From positions 9,337 through 73,336 of the forward strand of contig CANKQY010000004.1 in the NCBI GenBank assembly GCA_947485745.1: a stretch of DNA of 64,000 nucleotides, read 5' to 3'. Of the stretch, positions 19,580 through 28,497 are shown in pieces. Each line of letters starts with the position of its first letter. The stretch's first letter is position 1. Source of the stretch: Bacteroidota bacterium. Lineage in GTDB: Bacteria; Bacteroidota; Bacteroidia; UKL13-3. The notes under the pieces were generated by a model, which had not been told where the DNA came from, searched no databases, and saw only the letters and a list, made by a program, of their open reading frames with translations. A program made the position numbers and the translations under genes.

Positions 19580-21121
19580 ATGAAAAATTACCTATTCATT
19601 ATTTTCAGTTTGGTGTTAATGAGCTTTATCCAAGACTTTAACCCACAACCAAAAGCAATAACTGCTAAGTACTTTCCAGAGGTAGAAATTGAAATCAATA
19701 CTCCGGCTTTTAAGAAAGAAAAAGGATTCACTAATCATGAAGAACTTATTCAATTTTTAAATGCCCTTAAATCAAAACACTCAGATTTGGTGACCATTCA
19801 ATACATTGGTGAAAGTCAAAAAGGGAAAGCTATTCCAATGGTAACCCTTAACAAGAAAAGCAATGAAAACAAGTTGAAAGTTTGGTTCCAAGCGGGGCTA
19901 CATGGCGATGAAATGGCTAGTACCGAAGGCATTTTGTACTTATTAGATAGAATGTTAAATGATTCAAATTATACGTATTTATTGAATAGAATTGAATTAA
20001 CCATTATTCCGATGGCCAATATTGATGGGTACGAAAAACAAAACAGGTATGCTGCTAACGGACTTGATTTAAACAGGGATCAAACCAAATTATTGGTTAA
20101 AGAAAGCGTCATTTTAAAACAAGCTTTTAGTAATTACAATCCAGATGTTGGAGTTGATTTTCATGAATATAGACCATTTAGAAAAGAATATTCCCAATTA
20201 AGCACACTTGGAGTAGCATCGAGGTATGATGTAATGTTTATGAGTTCTGGCAATCTAAATGTTCCCGAAAAATTAAGGAAATTTACAAATGAAAAGTTTG
20301 TTAGAAATGCTGAATTAGAACTTGAAAAAGTTGGGATAACACAAAGGGAATATATTACCTCAGAAAAAGATTTAGGCGACATCCATTTTAATCAAGGATC
20401 CCTAAGTGCCAGGTCTAGTGCTACCTCCTACGCATTGGCAAATACAGTTTCTAGTTTAATAGAAATTAGAGGTGTTGGCTTGGGAAGAACCTCTTTTAAG
20501 CGTAGAATTTATTCTACATTTTTAGTGGGAATTTCCTATTTAAAAACAGCTTATGAAAATGTAAATGAAGTCAAAAATGTTTTAAAGTTTGATCCTAACG
20601 AAAATCAATTGGCATATATTAAATGTAAAAAAGAAATTTCGGTTCAGCCCTTAAAATTTATTGATGTAGAAACTACCAATGAAATTAATATTGAGGTAGA
20701 GATTAGAAACGCCTCCAAATCTACTCCTGTTTTAACAAGAGCCAGACCTATTGCTTATCTCATTGATCCCAATCAAAATATAATTATAGAAAAATTAAAA
20801 ATCCTAGGAATTTCACTTGAAAACCTAGCTAACAATAGAAATATTGAGGTAGAATACTACTCCATTAAAGAAGTAAGTGAGGATGAAGAAATGGAGGAAG
20901 GAGTATACCAACAAAAAATTAAAGCCGACGTACAAACTAAAACAATGAATTTTGAGAAGGGAACATTTATTGTATACCTATCTCAAGAAAATGCAAATTT
21001 AGCCATTGAGGTTCTAGAACCAGATGCACCAAATAGCTTTGTAAATTTTGGTGTTTTACCAGCAAATAAAGATGCTATTCTTCCAATCTATAGATATTTA
21101 AAAAATGAAAAATTATACTAG
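19580..21121 (+). CDS. Secreted M14-family zinc carboxypeptidase
   Basis: Signal peptide from MKNYLFIIFSLVLMSF (ATG 19580). Zinc and substrate motifs WFQAGLHGDEMASTEG, GLDLNRDQ and VDFHEY. Confidence 0.75.
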   Translation: MKNYLFIIFSLVLMSFIQDFNPQPKAITAKYFPEVEIEINTPAFKKEKGFTNHEELIQFLNALKSKHSDLVTIQYIGESQKGKAIPMVTLNKKSNENKLKVWFQAGLHGDEMASTEGILYLLDRMLNDSNYTYLLNRIELTIIPMANIDGYEKQNRYAANGLDLNRDQTKLLVKESVILKQAFSNYNPDVGVDFHEYRPFRKEYSQLSTLGVASRYDVMFMSSGNLNVPEKLRKFTNEKFVRNAELELEKVGITQREYITSEKDLGDIHFNQGSLSARSSATSYALANTVSSLIEIRGVGLGRTSFKRRIYSTFLVGISYLKTAYENVNEVKNVLKFDPNENQLAYIKCKKEISVQPLKFIDVETTNEINIEVEIRNASKSTPVLTRARPIAYLIDPNQNIIIEKLKILGISLENLANNRNIEVEYYSIKEVSEDEEMEEGVYQQKIKADVQTKTMNFEKGTFIVYLSQENANLAIEVLEPDAPNSFVNFGVLPANKDAILPIYRYLKNEKLY

Positions 21122-22349
21122 TTTAAAACACATGGTTACAGCTGCAGTATTGCTGTTTGCAATTAACCTAAATGCCCAAGACTCTACTTATACAAGGAGT
21201 AAAAGCTCTGTGCCGTCATTTGAAATGGGACAAGGACTTAATTTTAAATTTAACAATGGTGACTATCAATTTAAGATTGGCGGAATGATTCAACCATTTG
21301 TAGGTTATCAAAAAGATTCAAGCAACGATCCTAACTATTATTTAAACTCAAGACGTACCTTTTTTAATTTTGGAGGTAAAGCCGTAAAGGAGAAAATAGC
21401 TTTTTTGGTTCAAACCGATTTTAGCCTAGTTACTCCCCTGCTTGATGCGTGGGTTTCTTATGCACCTATTGAAAATTTAAAATTTACATTTGGCCAACAA
21501 TTAACCTTTACCAACAATAAAGAAATGGCTATTATGGAGCCACAATTGCAGTTTATTGATAGGAGTTTATTGAGCACACAATACAGCTCCTTGGGAAGGG
21601 AATTTGGTTTATTTGTAGCATCAAATTTTAATCTTGGAAATATTTTATTTGTTCCTCAAGCTGCTATTACCTCTGGTGATGGGAGAAACTCATTTGGCTT
21701 AAATGGCTTGGATTATGACATAGGCGGACTTAAGTATGGTGGAAGGTTAGATATTTATCCTTTTGGTAATTTTAGTGAGGGAAACAATATGCAGATTGCC
21801 GACATTAAAAAAGAAAACAAACCTAAATTAGCATTAGGTGTTGCAGGTAGTTATAACAAAGGCGCAAGTGAAAGTAACGGTGAAGGTCATGGCACTTTTT
21901 TGGTTTATGATAGCAAAGGCAAAAATCAATTACCTGATTATAGAAAATTATATTACGATGTATTATTCAAATACAATGGATTTTCATTTTTAAGCGAATA
22001 TGCCATTGCCACTGCAAAGGTTATGGAAGGCACCTATTTTGATGAAACGGCAATAGACGAATTGAAACCCACAGAAATTAGTCAGTTATTAGCTTTAGGA
22101 AATGGAATTAATACGCAATTAGGCTATGTATTCAATAAAAAATATGGTATAGATTTTCGTTATGCCGCAGTTGCACCCGAGTTTAAATCTAACAACAATT
22201 CTATAGTTAAGGATAGAAATGAAATTACCTTAGGACTTACCAAATATGTAAACGAAAACAACATAAAAATCAATGCAGCTATTACACAAATAAATTATGA
22301 TTCTAAATCATCGGTATTAGGCACCTTTTATGTTCAAATAATATTCTAA
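21105..22349 (+). CDS. Second OprO/OprP-like porin (paralog of 18271-19572)
   Basis: It shares LDAWVSYAPIENLKFTFGQ, GDGRNSF and LKYGGRLDIYPFG with the first porin. It overlaps the M14 gene by 17 nt. Confidence 0.6.
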   Translation: MKNYTSLKHMVTAAVLLFAINLNAQDSTYTRSKSSVPSFEMGQGLNFKFNNGDYQFKIGGMIQPFVGYQKDSSNDPNYYLNSRRTFFNFGGKAVKEKIAFLVQTDFSLVTPLLDAWVSYAPIENLKFTFGQQLTFTNNKEMAIMEPQLQFIDRSLLSTQYSSLGREFGLFVASNFNLGNILFVPQAAITSGDGRNSFGLNGLDYDIGGLKYGGRLDIYPFGNFSEGNNMQIADIKKENKPKLALGVAGSYNKGASESNGEGHGTFLVYDSKGKNQLPDYRKLYYDVLFKYNGFSFLSEYAIATAKVMEGTYFDETAIDELKPTEISQLLALGNGINTQLGYVFNKKYGIDFRYAAVAPEFKSNNNSIVKDRNEITLGLTKYVNENNIKINAAITQINYDSKSSVLGTFYVQIIF

Positions 22350-22393
22350 GCAAATATTTTTCGGTTTGAACCAATCGGCCGTGGATGAAGCAT

Positions 22394-22429
22394 AAAAAAA
22401 CCGACTAGCAAATGCTAGCCGGTTTTTTT
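22394..22429. terminator. Bidirectional intrinsic terminator between convergent operons
   Basis: AAAAAAACCGACTAGC-AAAT-GCTAGCCGGTTTTTTT: a 9-bp stem with one mismatch, flanked by an A-run and a T-run. Confidence 0.75.
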
Positions 22430-22445
22430 ATACCTAATAAATAGA

Positions 22446-23756
22446 TTAATTAGTCTTTATAATTCTCTTAGTTGAGATGGTTTCTCCTTGGTATACTTTA
22501 ATAAAATATATTCCATTTAACAACTCATTTGCGTTAAGAGTAGCTGAGTTACTGTTAATAGTTTCAGTTAAAACTACTTTACCCATTAAATCAACTATTT
22601 CAGCCTTTTGAATAGTACTTTCAGAACTCAATTGAATGATGTTATTGAAAGGATTTGGAGTTAAAACTGCATCGGTTATTTGATTTGTAGTTGCAATAAC
22701 TGAAGAATATTCAGAGTTGCCATCAAAATCAACTTGCTTTAATCTGTAAAATGCAGATTCATCGCTATTGAATTCAAACTTGTAGTTACGAGCTGTGTTA
22801 GAATTTCCTGCCCCTTTCACAAATCCAATATTTTCAAAATTCTCTCCATCAATACTTCTTTCTATTTCAAATCCGCTGTTGTTTAATTCTGAGGATGTAT
22901 TCCAAGCCAATGTGGTTGACTGAGTGGCTGCATTGATATGCGCGCTAAAATCACCCAATTTAACAGGCAAAACACCATTTGCCCAAGAGTTTGAAATTCT
23001 GATTCCATCAATGGTTCCAGCCATTGTACTACCACTTGTATGTTGTCTGATAGCGATAGCATTAAGAACAGCTAAATCTCCAGCAGAAACATCAGTTACA
23101 ACTAAATTTGGAACAGATGGTTCAACAGCTGGAACACCGCTAGTAAATACATAACCATAAATAGTATCAAGCAAAGTTGGGTGAAAACTATATTTAATAA
23201 CTACCAAAACTGGCGTATTTAATGGGTAATCGGCCGTTGTGTATGGAGCTGTTGAAGTTGCTGATTTACCTAAACCAATTTTAAAAGTATTTGCTAAACT
23301 TCCGTCTTTAATAAAAACCCTGCCCCTAAAAGCAGTCATAAAACTGGTATCCATTAGGTGGAAGAAATAGGAATCAGAAGAACCTACACCACCACTTGCC
23401 GACATGCTTAATAAAAACGAAACATATACGCTGCCCGAATTATAAGCAATTGTGGATCTATTAATGTCTTGACCATTGCTTGGTGAAAAAGTAAAACCAG
23501 CAGAACCTCCAATGCCTGAAGAGGAATAACCAGTATAGGTTAAAGAGGTACTTTTATAAGTAACTTGTCCAGTTGAACCACTGTGTTTTCTCCACCTTGC
23601 ATTACCTAATGCTGGATTTCCACCAAAAATTGTATTGGTTATGGTATCAGCTGCGGTGCCTGTAATGGTTCCATAGGAGAAATTCTCCATGGTAGTTTGC
23701 CCGTAAATTTGGGTCGAAAGAATAAAAACAACTAAGAGTAAAAGATTTTTTTTCAT
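22446..23756 (-). CDS. T9SS-sorted secreted protein of unknown function
   Basis: Signal peptide and a C-terminal sorting domain (LTPNPFNNIIQLSS...GIYFIKVYQ). It lies 34 nt downstream of the hydrolase gene, so it is probably co-transcribed. Confidence 0.6.
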   Translation of the reverse strand: MKKNLLLLVVFILSTQIYGQTTMENFSYGTITGTAADTITNTIFGGNPALGNARWRKHSGSTGQVTYKSTSLTYTGYSSSGIGGSAGFTFSPSNGQDINRSTIAYNSGSVYVSFLLSMSASGGVGSSDSYFFHLMDTSFMTAFRGRVFIKDGSLANTFKIGLGKSATSTAPYTTADYPLNTPVLVVIKYSFHPTLLDTIYGYVFTSGVPAVEPSVPNLVVTDVSAGDLAVLNAIAIRQHTSGSTMAGTIDGIRISNSWANGVLPVKLGDFSAHINAATQSTTLAWNTSSELNNSGFEIERSIDGENFENIGFVKGAGNSNTARNYKFEFNSDESAFYRLKQVDFDGNSEYSSVIATTNQITDAVLTPNPFNNIIQLSSESTIQKAEIVDLMGKVVLTETINSNSATLNANELLNGIYFIKVYQGETISTKRIIKTN

Positions 23757-23790
23757 GATTTGGTTTATTTTATTGTGTTATTTTATAATT

Positions 23791-24732
23791 TTATTGATAA
23801 AGTAAATTTACCCCAGCGGCTGAAGTAGCAGCAAAATCATGGGTAACATCCTTTAAGGAATAATATTTCCAATTATATGATCCCGCCATTTTTGTTGCTT
23901 TTTCTCTAGATTTTGAATAAAAATACTGAGCCCTTGTAAACCTATTTAATCCTTGCTTATCTACTATTTCATTGTGCCTTAAATCAGCTGAATTAGGGTC
24001 AGTATCCTTATCCCCTACAATAATAAAAATCTTTTTGTTAAATAGGTTATTGTAGCTTGAAAACTCGGCTGAACTCTTTTTTGTACCATATGGAAAGTCG
24101 ATGCTATTATCGAACATGGTGTACCAACCAGATGCAGCTGCAACAAGTTTATTGAGCTTAGCACTGGGCTTAAAAAGCAAATACCTGTGGGCAAATTGCC
24201 CACCTGCTGAATGACCAAAAATATCAAAACTGTTTACCGTACTACCAATTTTAACTTTCATAAAATTAAAAATTGGTTCAATTACAGAAAAGGTCCATAT
24301 TTCTTCATTTTTCATTGTACTTGTCGATGGATTATCCCCATCCACAAACATATTTCCTAAGTTATAACCATCCGCTCCTGGGTAATCTTGATCACTAAAC
24401 TCTGGTGCAATAATAATAAATTTGAGCCTATCCGAATGAGCTATAAGCAAATCTCGGCTGAATTTGGCATTCCTATCAGTGCCATGAAAAACAAATAAAA
24501 TTGGCGTTAATTTATTGGCATTTGCAGGTACATGGTAATAAATTTTTATGGGTTTATCCTTCAATGGCAGGTAATCTGTAAATACCACTTCAGAAGTTAT
24601 TTTGGCAATTGCAGCACTATCAATAGGATTAGCGTTTGTACCGTCTGTTTTCCCTTTGTGCTCCTTACATGAAATGATGAGGATGGAAAAAAGAACATGA
24701 AACATCAAATTAAGTCGGACTCTCCTATTCAT
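23791..24732 (-). CDS. Alpha/beta-fold serine hydrolase lipoprotein (PHB-depolymerase/esterase-like)
   Basis: Lipobox ILIISC, FVFHGTDRNA and the nucleophile elbow FGHSAGGQF (GxSxG). Confidence 0.6.
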   Translation of the reverse strand: MNRRVRLNLMFHVLFSILIISCKEHKGKTDGTNANPIDSAAIAKITSEVVFTDYLPLKDKPIKIYYHVPANANKLTPILFVFHGTDRNAKFSRDLLIAHSDRLKFIIIAPEFSDQDYPGADGYNLGNMFVDGDNPSTSTMKNEEIWTFSVIEPIFNFMKVKIGSTVNSFDIFGHSAGGQFAHRYLLFKPSAKLNKLVAAASGWYTMFDNSIDFPYGTKKSSAEFSSYNNLFNKKIFIIVGDKDTDPNSADLRHNEIVDKQGLNRFTRAQYFYSKSREKATKMAGSYNWKYYSLKDVTHDFAATSAAGVNLLYQ

Positions 24733-24761
24733 TATGTAAAAATAACCTATTGTGTATTTTG

Positions 24762-24800
24762 AATATACATACCAATATTAAATTAATATACATACCAATA
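24762..24800. promoter_or_regulatory. Direct repeat AATATACATACCAATA x2 (23-bp period) upstream of the hydrolase gene
   Basis: Copies at 24762-24777 and 24785-24800. Read in the sense of the minus-strand gene, the core is ATTGGTATG, the same core and spacing as at 12719-12751. Confidence 0.4.
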
Positions 24801-24943
24801 ATAAAATAGTCAAACTCCTTGATAACACTCATAAGCACCTATTATTCAAATAACTTATATAAATTATTGAAAATATCCTATAAAATTTTACAAAAAAAAA
24901 GTCTGCCAATCACGACAAACTTTTTTAAATAATTTTGAATGAC

Positions 24944-25678
24944 TTATTTACAAGTCCAAGTAAATACGTTTGAACTAACTTCTAAGTCCGTATTTGTGGT
25001 AATTTGCTTTATTACCTTTCCGTCTGCATCATACTCATAAGTATAAGAATCAAAGCTTCCACCATCATAAGTAGCTTTCTTTACTAAATTCTTATTGGCA
25101 TTCACAAATTCTTGAGCTTCCTCAGATTTTGCGGCATAATTCACCTTATCTGTATAATATTCATAGGTGGTTACAGATACATCAGTTCCATCGTCTTGTG
25201 TTTCTTTTACCCTGTTTCCATTAATATATTCAAAGGTTGTTGTAATTTCAAAGGTTGTTCCAAACACCTCTCCAGAAAAGAAACTTTCGATAACCTCACC
25301 ATTTAAATTGAATTTATTTACAGACCTAAATTCTGCTATTCCAGCAATAGATAAAAGTGCACTATCACCAAAACCTTTTGAATTTAAATAATACGTTTCA
25401 TTGGTTAATCCTCCATCTGAAACCAATACCTGACTACCGGTATAAGTGTAAGTCAAGTTTGTGTTAGAGGTATCAGTAGCATCAAAACTATTTGAGGTAG
25501 TTAACCTATTTTGTGCGTTATAAGTGTAATTTGAGTACGACCCATCACTTCCTTGGTCTTTGCTAAGCATACAAACCTTGGCGCTTGGTGTTGGAGAATT
25601 GCTGTTGTCTTTGTCTTTTTTACAAGCAGTGCCTGCCAAAAGTGTAAATCCTAAAAGGATAAGTGTAATTTTTTTCAT
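24944..25678 (-). CDS. Lipoprotein of unknown function
   Basis: Lipobox LLAGTAC. The protein is Thr/Tyr-rich with repetitive TYTY/YEY beta-strand motifs. I recognise no family. Confidence 0.5.
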   Translation of the reverse strand: MKKITLILLGFTLLAGTACKKDKDNSNSPTPSAKVCMLSKDQGSDGSYSNYTYNAQNRLTTSNSFDATDTSNTNLTYTYTGSQVLVSDGGLTNETYYLNSKGFGDSALLSIAGIAEFRSVNKFNLNGEVIESFFSGEVFGTTFEITTTFEYINGNRVKETQDDGTDVSVTTYEYYTDKVNYAAKSEEAQEFVNANKNLVKKATYDGGSFDSYTYEYDADGKVIKQITTNTDLEVSSNVFTWTCK

Positions 25679-25750
25679 GTGTTATTTTAAAGTTGATTCG
25701 ATATTTCAATTCGTATGCAAAAACATTTCTAAAGATTAATTATTTCGAAT

Positions 25751-28357
25751 TTATTGAACCCAAGATTTTGCAATTTCTATTGCCAAAGGTAGTCCTTTTA
25801 AATTATTCCCCCCTGCTGTTGCATAAAAAGGCTGACCGCCACCACCGCCTTGAATGTGTTTGGCCAATTCCTTCACAATATTCCCTGCGTGTAATTTCTT
25901 TTCAGTTACTAGCTGATCCGAGATGATAACACTAAGCATAGGTTTATCATTTAATTCACAACCTAGCACGCAAAACAAATTTTCTACTTCATTCTTAAGT
26001 TGAAAAGATAAGTTTTTTAGTTGATCGGCATTAGAAATTTCTACCAACTCAATTATTTGGTTCAAACCTTTACTAACTTTTACCTTCGATAATAAGTCCT
26101 TTTTTAACAAAGCAGTTTTTTCGTTTTCAAAAACCTCTAACTTCTTTTGTAGCTGCTGTTTTTCTTCTAATAATTGCTCAACAGATTTTACCAAGTCTTT
26201 TGATTTTAATAAATCATTGAGCTGAACCAAAATCTTTTCTTGCCCATTTACAAACGTCTCAGCGGCATTGGAAGTAATGGCCTCTACCCTTCTCACCCCT
26301 GCAGCCACCGCGCCCTCAGAGCTAAACTTAAACAAACCAATTTCGCCAGTTGCCTTCACATGGGTTCCTCCACAAAGCTCTCTGCTATAATTTTCATCAA
26401 AGGTTATTACTCGAACCGAATCGCCATATTTTTCACCAAACAAAGCCATTGCACCCATTTGCTTGGCTTCCTCAATGGGCACATTCCTTCTTTCGTTTAA
26501 GGCAATATTCTCGCGTATTTTTTGGTTCACAATGGCTTCTACAGTTTTTATTTCTTCTTCGCTCATTCCCTTAAAATGAGAAAAATCGAAACGCAAATAC
26601 TCACTGTTTACCAAACTACCTTTTTGCTCCACATGAGTCCCTAAAACACTCCTCAATGCAGCATGCAACAAATGTGTGGCAGAGTGATTTGATTCAATTA
26701 ACTTTCTATTTGTGGCATTAACTTTAGCCACAAAAACTGTACTTGGATTCTCAGGTAATTGAGCCACTATATGGACAATTAAATTGTTCTCCTTTTGGGT
26801 ATCCAATATTTGAATGCGTTCGTTAGCACTTTCTATCACGCCAATATCGCCAACCTGACCACCACTTTCTGCATAAAATGGCGTTTGGTTAAACACCAAT
26901 TGAAACTGCTCCTTGCCTTTGTTTTTAATTTTTCGGTAACGCATTATTTTAACATCAGCCTCCAAATAATCGTATCCAATAAATTGAATTTGGTCGTTCT
27001 CTTCCAATACCATCCAATCATCGGTTTCCAATGCAGTAGCTTTGCGAGAGCGTTCTTTCTGTAATTGTAGGTTCTTCTCAAAGCTAATTAAGTCAACGCT
27101 TGAACCTCTTTCTCTAGCAATCAATTGAGTTAAATCTATAGGGAATCCAAAGGTATCAAATAACTCAAAAGCCTCTTCTCCATTAATATCTCCAGTAATT
27201 CTTTCTATCCGTTTGATGCCATTTTCAAGCGTACGTAAAAAGCCTAATTCCTCTTCCTTTACAACTTGAATGATAAAATCTTGCTTCTGTTTTACCTCCG
27301 GAAAAATATCCGCAAATGAATCGCCAACAATTGGCACCATTAAATACAACAAGGGTTCGCGGGTATCCAAAAACGAATAATAATACCTAACAGCCCTGCG
27401 CAAAATCCTCCTTATTACATATCCTGCTCCAGTATTTGATGGCAATTGTCCGTCTAGTATAGCAAAAGTGATGGTACGTATATGATCTGCCAAAACGCGC
27501 ATGGCTATATCAATTGGTTCAGACCGCCCAAATTCTTTGCCCGTTTTATTAGCTAAAAACTGAATATATGGTTGAAAAACATCCGTATCATAATTAGAAT
27601 TTTTGGCTTCAATGGCACGGCACAAGCGCTCAAAACCCATTCCCGTATCTACGTGTTGTGCAGGCAATTTCTCTAAACTTCCATCGGCTTTGCGGTTGAA
27701 TTCCATGAACACATTGTTCCAGATTTCAATCACCTGCGGATGGTCATTGTTTACCAAAGTACTTCCGGCAACGGCAGCTCTCTCTGCATCCGAGCGCAAA
27801 TCAATGTGTATTTCGGTGCATGGGCCGCACGGACCAGTATCGCCCATTTCCCAGAAATTATCCTTTTTGTTGCCATTTAAAATACGGCTTGGGTCGATCC
27901 AAAGGTTCCAATTATCAAATGCCTCTTGGTCGAATGCCAGGTTTTCTTTTGCATCTCCTTCAAAAACGGTTACATATAAGCGGTCTTTAGGTAACTGATA
28001 TACTTCTGTTAAAAGCTCCCAAGCCCATTCAATGGCTTCCTTTTTAAAGTAATCACCAAAGCTCCAATTGCCCAACATTTCAAACATGGTGTGGTGGTAG
28101 GTATCTACTCCCACCTCTTCCAAATCATTGTGCTTACCGCTTACACGCAAACATTTTTGCGTATCGGCCACACGTTTGTATTTTGGTTCCTCATTGCCCA
28201 AAAACCAATCCTTAAATTGGTTCATACCGGCATTGGTAAACATGAGTGTTGGGTCATTTTTAACCACTATTGGAGCAGAAGAAACAATTTTATGACCTTT
28301 ACTTTCAAAAAAATCTAGGAATTGTTTACGGACTTGACTTGAGTTTGACATTGACAA
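25751..28357 (-). CDS. alaS: Alanine--tRNA ligase
   Basis: QVRKQFLDFFESKGH, FTNAGMNQFK, GPCGPCTEIH, the editing-domain HSATHLLHAAL and a C-terminal DHHA1-like GGGGQPFYATAGG. Length 868 aa. Confidence 0.95.
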   Translation of the reverse strand: MSMSNSSQVRKQFLDFFESKGHKIVSSAPIVVKNDPTLMFTNAGMNQFKDWFLGNEEPKYKRVADTQKCLRVSGKHNDLEEVGVDTYHHTMFEMLGNWSFGDYFKKEAIEWAWELLTEVYQLPKDRLYVTVFEGDAKENLAFDQEAFDNWNLWIDPSRILNGNKKDNFWEMGDTGPCGPCTEIHIDLRSDAERAAVAGSTLVNNDHPQVIEIWNNVFMEFNRKADGSLEKLPAQHVDTGMGFERLCRAIEAKNSNYDTDVFQPYIQFLANKTGKEFGRSEPIDIAMRVLADHIRTITFAILDGQLPSNTGAGYVIRRILRRAVRYYYSFLDTREPLLYLMVPIVGDSFADIFPEVKQKQDFIIQVVKEEELGFLRTLENGIKRIERITGDINGEEAFELFDTFGFPIDLTQLIARERGSSVDLISFEKNLQLQKERSRKATALETDDWMVLEENDQIQFIGYDYLEADVKIMRYRKIKNKGKEQFQLVFNQTPFYAESGGQVGDIGVIESANERIQILDTQKENNLIVHIVAQLPENPSTVFVAKVNATNRKLIESNHSATHLLHAALRSVLGTHVEQKGSLVNSEYLRFDFSHFKGMSEEEIKTVEAIVNQKIRENIALNERRNVPIEEAKQMGAMALFGEKYGDSVRVITFDENYSRELCGGTHVKATGEIGLFKFSSEGAVAAGVRRVEAITSNAAETFVNGQEKILVQLNDLLKSKDLVKSVEQLLEEKQQLQKKLEVFENEKTALLKKDLLSKVKVSKGLNQIIELVEISNADQLKNLSFQLKNEVENLFCVLGCELNDKPMLSVIISDQLVTEKKLHAGNIVKELAKHIQGGGGGQPFYATAGGNNLKGLPLAIEIAKSWVQ

Positions 28358-28497
28358 TCAGTATGTTAAATTAATATTTCTGCTTCTATGTGGAATAACT
28401 TATTTTCGCTTTCTTTTGCAATTAAGATAAAAAAGAAAAATAATACCCTAATTGTCTACAAATAGAATGATTTTGGGGAATAGAAAAAAGCAAAACC

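Noticed and set aside
24890-24935. A/T-run-flanked sequence downstream of the 24944-25678 lipoprotein gene, considered as a terminator
   Set aside because: I could pair only a 3-bp GTC/GAC stem, so no convincing hairpin is present.
26240-28318. Several + strand ORFs inside alaS (26240-26500, 26350-26574, 26795-27064, 27603-27998, 28091-28318)
   Set aside because: They are antisense to an unambiguous 868-aa AlaRS and lack any family signature.
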